From Jeongeupia chitinilytica (GTDB lineage Bacteria; Pseudomonadota; Gammaproteobacteria; Burkholderiales; Chitinibacteraceae), in the NCBI RefSeq assembly GCF_014652315.1, contig NZ_BMYO01000003.1, positions 286,914 through 318,913 of the forward strand: a DNA stretch of 32,000 nt, written 5' to 3'. Numbering within the stretch: position 1 is the first letter of the stretch; each line of letters starts with the position of its first letter. The position numbers and the translations under genes are program-made. Positions 26,011 through 30,664 of this stretch are shown one piece after another. The notes under the pieces are model-generated. The model was not told where the DNA came from and ran no database searches. It saw nothing but the letters and a program-made list of their open reading frames with translations.

Positions 26011-26487
26011 GTGAACACGCTTAACGAAATCTTGGATTCAGCGAAAGAATCCATCGGGACGACGCAAGACCAAGAACTTGCAAGGAAGCTCGGAATCGGG
26101 CAATCAACACTCAGCGGATACCGACACGGTAAGAGTACGCCTGACGCCTATGCGCTTATGCAGCTGTCAGCCGTACTGAAAAAAGATGCTCGCGAGCTAC
26201 TCGCCGTGATCGAAGCCGAACGCGCTAAAACTGAGGAAAGACGGGGCTACTGGGAGGGGCTCAAGACCCAATTTCGAAAAAGCTCGAAGACGCTGGGTGC
26301 CTTGGCGGCGGCTGCCCTAGTCCTAGCGTTCGCGCCTAGCGATCAACATATTTACATGTTTGCTTTCACGGAGCTGAGCGCACCAATGTATATTATGTCA
26401 AGTTATCTACTCGAATGGCTCGACAGACTGCTCAAATCACTCCTTACGCCGAAGAAAGAAAACCCCCGCTGGTCGGGGGTTTTTTAA
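26011..26487 (+). CDS. XRE/cI-type HTH repressor-like protein with a hydrophobic C-terminal half; the ORF runs through the att/dif core
   Basis: SD AGGAG lies 6 nt before GTG 26011. HTH segment TQDQELARKLGIGQSTLSGYRHGKSTP. Hydrophobic segment TLGALAAAALVLAFAP. Codons SAPMYIMSSY are encoded by the dif-like site 26376-26405. Confidence 0.7.
   Translation: MNTLNEILDSAKESIGTTQDQELARKLGIGQSTLSGYRHGKSTPDAYALMQLSAVLKKDARELLAVIEAERAKTEERRGYWEGLKTQFRKSSKTLGALAAAALVLAFAPSDQHIYMFAFTELSAPMYIMSSYLLEWLDRLLKSLLTPKKENPRWSGVF
26376..26403 (+). other. Second dif-like site (attR-type hybrid with a degenerate phage-derived XerC arm)
   Basis: GAGCGCACCAA-TGTATA-TTATGTCAAGT. The central region and XerD arm are identical to site 1. 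The left arm matches the dif XerC arm only when shifted by 1 nt (TGAGCGCACCA vs GGTGCGCATAA, 7/11). Confidence 0.65.
26385..26405 (+). repeat. Right copy of the 21-bp perfect direct repeat (att core)
   Basis: AATGTATATTATGTCAAGTTA is identical to 19232-19252. Confidence 0.95.
26455..26486 (+). terminator. Rho-independent terminator at the end of the repressor-like ORF
   Basis: CCCCCG-CTGGT-CGGGGG followed by TTTTTT, with an A-rich run upstream. It occupies the same relative position as hairpin 19346-19374 in the first module. Confidence 0.6.
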
Positions 26488-26506
26488 CGTTGGGAGAAAA
26501 CAACAA

Positions 26507-27211
26507 ATGAAGAGCAAAACTCTGCTTCCGCTCCCGGTGTTCGACTTCGCGCCGGCACCGAATCCGTCCGAGACCTTGATGATGATCCGCAGCCTGCCGC
26601 CGGCGACGCTCGCCGAGTCGATGGGCATCGAGGTCGACGAGCTCGAGTGCTACGCCCGCGGCCGGAAGAAAATCACCCGGATGGTCTACGCCTTCATCCG
26701 TTGCGTGACTGGGGCCGAATTGCCGGCAGGCTTTGGCGAGTTCGCCGGGATGCGCATCGAGCGCGGCCGGATCATCGCTCGGCCGAACCAGCACCACAGC
26801 TGTGGCATCCGCTATGACGACCTGGTGCACATGGAGTATCTACGCACCTGTGGCGAGCTGGCCAAGGGTCAGGCGAACCTGATCGAGCGACTGAGCAAAG
26901 AGCGCGATTTCTATCGCCGGCAGTGCTCAAAGGATTCGCGCTACGGGATGCCCGTCGGCTCTACCTGCGGCTTAGCTTCCTGCGGCCGCGGGATCGGCAA
27001 CGCTTGCCGGAGCTGGTCGACTGACGGGATTTGCCGGAATCGCAGGGTTTTGATGCCGGCCTCGGCCAGAAAGGCATCGCGCTCGGCGTCCTTGTCCAGC
27101 TTGCTGTTGTGGATCGAGTCGTCCAGCTCGATGACGGCCAAAACGCTGAAATCCTTCCTGCAGTCTACGAAGTCGGCAGACTTCTGGCTGATCCGCTTGA
27201 ACTTGGCGTAG
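26507..27211 (+). CDS. Diverged paralog of the small HTH/DUF3653-like protein; the stop codon present in the prophage copy (19859-19861) has no counterpart, so the ORF reads 270 nt into the convergent gene
   Basis: The first ~148 aa align with ORF 19394 (SLPPATLAESMGIEVDEL, AGFGEFAGMRI, NLIERLSKERDFYRRQCSKDSRYG). After about 26950 the frame continues antisense to the nuclease-like gene. The true 3' end is uncertain, and it may be decaying. Confidence 0.5.
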   Translation: MKSKTLLPLPVFDFAPAPNPSETLMMIRSLPPATLAESMGIEVDELECYARGRKKITRMVYAFIRCVTGAELPAGFGEFAGMRIERGRIIARPNQHHSCGIRYDDLVHMEYLRTCGELAKGQANLIERLSKERDFYRRQCSKDSRYGMPVGSTCGLASCGRGIGNACRSWSTDGICRNRRVLMPASARKASRSASLSSLLLWIESSSSMTAKTLKSFLQSTKSADFWLIRLNLA

Positions 27212-27474
27212 TTCTCCTTCTGGCTGCCGCCCTTGGCAACGACCAGCTGCGAAAAAGATACCTGAGCCAGAACGATGTGATCGGGAGAAAGCGCCTCAAC
27301 CAGGCGGAAGTAGGCCGGTTGTTCGCGTTCGGTCAGCACGGGCTTGCGCTGAAAGCGTGACGAGCCGGTAGAGGCTCCCTTCCCTGCCCCGTTTTTCTTC
27401 ATCACCGTGCCAAGTACGACGGTAACCACAATCAAAACAGCCAGGAGGGCGCAAAAACACGCGCCACGGGCCAT
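26941..27474 (-). CDS. Second copy of the membrane-anchored DUF2726 / PD-(D/E)xK-like protein
   Basis: SD GAGG precedes ATG 27474. 177 aa with the same TM anchor plus core (SADFVDCRKDFSVLAVIELDDSIHNSKLDKDAERDAFL). About 93% nucleotide identity to 19875-20325 by hand count. Confidence 0.65.
   Translation of the reverse strand: MARGACFCALLAVLIVVTVVLGTVMKKNGAGKGASTGSSRFQRKPVLTEREQPAYFRLVEALSPDHIVLAQVSFSQLVVAKGGSQKENYAKFKRISQKSADFVDCRKDFSVLAVIELDDSIHNSKLDKDAERDAFLAEAGIKTLRFRQIPSVDQLRQALPIPRPQEAKPQVEPTGIP
26964..27414. repeat. 451-bp direct repeat, copy 2
   Basis: See copy 1 (19875-20325). Constant offset of 7089 bp. Confidence 0.9.
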
Positions 27475-27530
27475 AAGCACCTCAGGTCACGTATGGCGTC
27501 AGCAAGCTGCCGCCGCCCTGCCCTGAAATG

Positions 27531-28181
27531 TTATCGCCGCACGCCGGCCTGACCTGCCGTCAACGGCCACGCTGCGAAGGCGAGTTGAATTCCGGCATGC
27601 AGCAGCGAGAATGCCAGCATGCTCAGCAGCATTGCGCCAACCATGCCATTGGCCACCCAAGGCAAACCCAGGCTCAGGGCCAGGCCTTTGAACGCCACCA
27701 TACCCAGCGCCATCACCAGCAGCATGGCGGCGAACTCGACCATCACCCAACCTAGCGCCGGCAGCGCGAATCGGCCGTCGACACGTTCCTGCACGACCAC
27801 TGCCAGCATCAGTAGTGCGGTAAAGGGGAACCAGCGCAGGTGCTCCAGCGGTAGACCCAGCCAATCGGCAGCCGCGGACGTGGTGCAGAATGACAGCAGA
27901 GCCTCAGGGGCGATACGGCTGAAATCCAGCCAGGTGCCGACACCGACGGCCGCCAGACAGGCCAGCATGGCGCTGCGCCGGCAAGGCGGCAGCACACGCA
28001 GCGCGACGGCAGCCTCGATTGCTGCGCAGGCAAGTGAACCCAGCACGGTCCAGCTCCAGGCGGCCGAGGCACCGTGCAGGCGCACTGGCAGATCGAGCAC
28101 CAGCGCACCTAGCGCGGCTAGCAACAGCACGCGCCAGCCGCCGGCAGGCGGCACCGTCAACCAGGCAGATGGTAAGCGCAT
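27531..28181 (-). CDS. Polytopic inner-membrane protein of unknown function, last gene of the tyrosinase operon
   Basis: 216-aa ORF that is almost entirely hydrophobic, with several predicted TM helices. It starts 15 nt after the stop of the upstream ORF on the same strand. Confidence 0.6.
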   Translation of the reverse strand: MRLPSAWLTVPPAGGWRVLLLAALGALVLDLPVRLHGASAAWSWTVLGSLACAAIEAAVALRVLPPCRRSAMLACLAAVGVGTWLDFSRIAPEALLSFCTTSAAADWLGLPLEHLRWFPFTALLMLAVVVQERVDGRFALPALGWVMVEFAAMLLVMALGMVAFKGLALSLGLPWVANGMVGAMLLSMLAFSLLHAGIQLAFAAWPLTAGQAGVRR

Positions 28182-28196
28182 GGCGCGGCCTAGGCC

Positions 28197-28631
28197 TCAG
28201 TCCGGCGTATTGTCCAACACGGCATACCAAGTGCAGGCCACGCCTGCCGGCGATACGCCGCCGGAGCCGCTGGCATGCGGAATGGTACGCACGATGGAGC
28301 CGGCCAGCGCCGGGCGCTGATCGATGCCATTGGGCCAAGGCGGACTGAGGTAGCCGATATAGTCGTAAATCCATTCCTCGCCGCCCACCACGCCACGCCC
28401 CTGGAAACGCACGGTGCTGGGGTTGCCATAGCTGATCGAGCCATTGAGCTGCAGCTCCCAGCCCGGACCATAAATACGGCCCTTGAACACGCCTTGCGGT
28501 GCCGGCTCGATATCAATGTTGCCGCGACCGAACTCCAGATCGTTGAATGCCGTGTTCAAGTCCGGATCATTCTGCAGACTGCGGTAAGTCCAGGTGCCCG
28601 TCAGCGGGCCTATTTCCGGAACGAAACTCAT
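28197..28631 (-). CDS. 144-aa soluble protein of unknown function (predicted beta-rich), co-transcribed with tyrosinase
   Basis: Strong SD AAGGAG lies 6 nt before ATG 28631 (MSFVPEIGPLTGTWTYRSLQNDPDL...). The track start at 28694 is unlikely. No signal peptide and only one His, so it is not an obvious copper chaperone. Confidence 0.65.
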   Translation of the reverse strand: MSFVPEIGPLTGTWTYRSLQNDPDLNTAFNDLEFGRGNIDIEPAPQGVFKGRIYGPGWELQLNGSISYGNPSTVRFQGRGVVGGEEWIYDYIGYLSPPWPNGIDQRPALAGSIVRTIPHASGSGGVSPAGVACTWYAVLDNTPD

Positions 28632-28694
28632 GGCGGACTCCTTACTGGCATCAGGTGAAACAGCCTGCCTCGAAGGGCAGGCTGCTTGGCGCAT

Positions 28695-30323
28695 TTAGCG
28701 TACTTCGACGCGGAATGCCTTCTGTGCCGGTGCGGGCGCCGTGCCGGCTGGTACGGCAACCGCCTGTAGCAATTGCGGCGGGTTTTGCTGCACCTGACCG
28801 TCACGGGTGTGGACTTCCACTTCGAAGTCGGCCGTGCCCAGCGCCTGCGCGCGCAGGCCGTACAGCGGGAACGCGGCCTTCACTTCCAGATGGGTCTGGC
28901 AGTTGGCGCACCCCTGAATCGCCCAGCGGCTCAGCACGGCCTCGGTACCAAGGTGGTAACGCTTGCCGCCAATGTTGGCAAAGGCCGAAATCAGGAACGA
29001 GCCGCGAATGCGCGCGCGGTTCAACGCAGAGACACGGATCACCTTGTTGCTGTGGCCCTCTTCAACGGCCGTGGCAGTCAGCTTGGGCGCCTCTTGCGCC
29101 AGCTCGTCCAGCGAGCCGGGGGCATAGGTGAATCCAAGCTGTTTTTCGATGTTGATGTAGTCGCGCGAGGTTGCGGCACGCTCGTGGCCGTTGTGATGCA
29201 CCTTGAACGGATCGAGCGGCGAATCAAGCGTCAGCCACGAATTGGGCACCACCCCCGGTGTCGGCCCCTGGTTGTCGACCGAATTGGTACCCGGATAGCC
29301 TTCGATGACATCCAGATGGTCTGTGTACCCGTGCTTTTTCTGCCATTGCCAGAACACGTAATCGATGAAGCAATGGTGGAAGTAGAAGATCGGGTCAAGG
29401 CCCGCAGTGTCGTTCTCGCCCATGTCGCCGTTGGCGCCGGCAATCGGCGAGTAATCGCCGGAATTTGGGCCGGTCGGCACATCGAAGCCCCCCACGGCAA
29501 GGTGGATGCTGTTGTGCGGCGACTCCAGCGGCACTACGGCCTTGGTCCCGGCCGGCAGGTTGTCGTTCCATTCCGCAGCCGAGGTAGTGTTGGAAAACAC
29601 CGTGTAGTTGGGCGCGTTCAGGCAGTTTTCAAACTTGTTCTTCACGTTTGTCGGGATCACCTGCTTGTCGACCACGATGTACGAACCCAGCCAGTTGGTG
29701 ATGTTCTGGTTCAGCAGACGCACATTGGTGTCGTAGTCCGGGAATTTGGCATTGTGCGCCTCGGTCGCCGCGCGATCGTCTGGCGTGCCGACAAGTCCGG
29801 ACAGCGGATAGCGCACGGTTTCATAGCCGTTTGCCTTGCTGTAGTTGGGATCATCACCGTTGACGTGGTCCTTGATGTTGCGGTTGAACACAAAGGAGCG
29901 CAGCGGGTTCGGAATGGTCTGACCGTCGAGCACGAAATCCTTCTGCGTCAATGCCCAAGGAATGCCGTTCTTGACCGAGTCTTCGCTGGTTTCGTCCCAG
30001 TACGGCAGCATCACGTCATGGCAACCCTCGATGCTTTGCAGCGCCTGCTCAAGGCGCGCCAGATAGGCGCGGTGCCAGGTGGGGAAGAGCACATTGCCAT
30101 GGTTGCAGTACCCCCCCCAGTACGAGGCATTGCCCCAGCCAGCGCCACGGAACGGCTCTCCGTGGTATCCGCCGATCATGAAAAAGGAATTCGGATCGCT
30201 GGCCGGGAGCGCCTTGATCCCCTTCCACGCCCGCATCAGGTCTTCCAGCGGTTTCTTGTTGCCGTTGCTGTATTCGGTTTGCAGCTCGACGAGGGATCTG
30301 CGCACCCGCAATGCTTGAGTCAT
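28695..30323 (-). CDS. Tyrosinase / polyphenol oxidase (type-3 copper protein) with C-terminal lid domain
   Basis: CuA region GGYHGEPF...YCNHGNVLFPTWHRAYL and CuB region PHNSIHLAVGG...DPIFYFHHCFIDYVFWQW. The C-x-H motif (YCNHG) is the type that forms a Cys-His thioether in eukaryote-like PPOs. About 170 extra C-terminal residues follow the copper domain. Confidence 0.85.
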   Translation of the reverse strand: MTQALRVRRSLVELQTEYSNGNKKPLEDLMRAWKGIKALPASDPNSFFMIGGYHGEPFRGAGWGNASYWGGYCNHGNVLFPTWHRAYLARLEQALQSIEGCHDVMLPYWDETSEDSVKNGIPWALTQKDFVLDGQTIPNPLRSFVFNRNIKDHVNGDDPNYSKANGYETVRYPLSGLVGTPDDRAATEAHNAKFPDYDTNVRLLNQNITNWLGSYIVVDKQVIPTNVKNKFENCLNAPNYTVFSNTTSAAEWNDNLPAGTKAVVPLESPHNSIHLAVGGFDVPTGPNSGDYSPIAGANGDMGENDTAGLDPIFYFHHCFIDYVFWQWQKKHGYTDHLDVIEGYPGTNSVDNQGPTPGVVPNSWLTLDSPLDPFKVHHNGHERAATSRDYINIEKQLGFTYAPGSLDELAQEAPKLTATAVEEGHSNKVIRVSALNRARIRGSFLISAFANIGGKRYHLGTEAVLSRWAIQGCANCQTHLEVKAAFPLYGLRAQALGTADFEVEVHTRDGQVQQNPPQLLQAVAVPAGTAPAPAQKAFRVEVR

Positions 30324-30664
30324 GTGGAATCCGTCCAGTAAATGAGTAAGAAAGATTGCCGACCGGACTGCACTGCCTCCGGCCGGGTGCGCGCAAACGC
30401 CGTCCTTTGGACGGCGATCATCGCAAGCAATTTATGACAATGGCATTTATCAGATCAAATTTCTTTCTTGTTGCGTATGATTGATAGGATAACAATCGTA
30501 AGAAATAAAGAATATTCTGTTAATTTAAATTCCGAACCAAGACAGAATTTCCGACAAAATCCCGCACCACACCCCCCCCTACAGGCAAGGGCGGCTCCGT
30601 TACACCACTGACTGCATGGCCGCTGGACGGTGGCTCGACTCACAGCAGCACCCGAGGAAAACGC

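Larger units (their letters stand above)
19223..26405 (-). mobile_element. Integrated filamentous (inovirus-like) prophage, about 7.2 kb, flanked by dif-like sites; no integrase gene
   Basis: Canonical inovirus gene order on the minus strand (Rep, ssb, small proteins, major coat, pIII, pVI, Zot/pI) with ATGA-type translational coupling. Divergent repressor. Perfect 21-bp direct repeat AATGTATATTATGTCAAGTTA at 19232-19252 and 26385-26405. Confidence 0.85.
26406..27490. mobile_element. About 1.1-kb two-gene remnant or satellite element stacked behind the prophage at the dif locus
   Basis: Same architecture as the dif-proximal end of the prophage: att core, hairpin, GGGAGAAAA SD, small plus-strand ORF, convergent nuclease-like gene. 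Homology to the prophage stops about 5 nt beyond the nuclease gene start. No phage structural or replication genes follow. Confidence 0.6.

Noticed and set aside
27510-27560. Possible third dif-like site at the right end of the second module (..CTGAAATGTTATCGCCGCACGCC..)
   Set aside because: Only short fragments (AATGT, GCGCAC-like) resemble dif in either orientation. There is no TGTATA core with flanking 11-bp arms. I treat it as chance similarity pending a matrix search.
27619-28374. Several 100-230-aa ORFs on both strands (27619..28320 plus, 27904..28374 minus, and others)
   Set aside because: They overlap the hydrophobic membrane-protein ORF and the 144-aa ORF in other frames. Their Ala/Arg/Ser/Pro-rich translations are typical of GC-rich off-frames.
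28773-30341. 522-aa plus-strand ORF
   Set aside because: Antisense shadow of the tyrosinase gene, which carries unambiguous CuA/CuB motifs.
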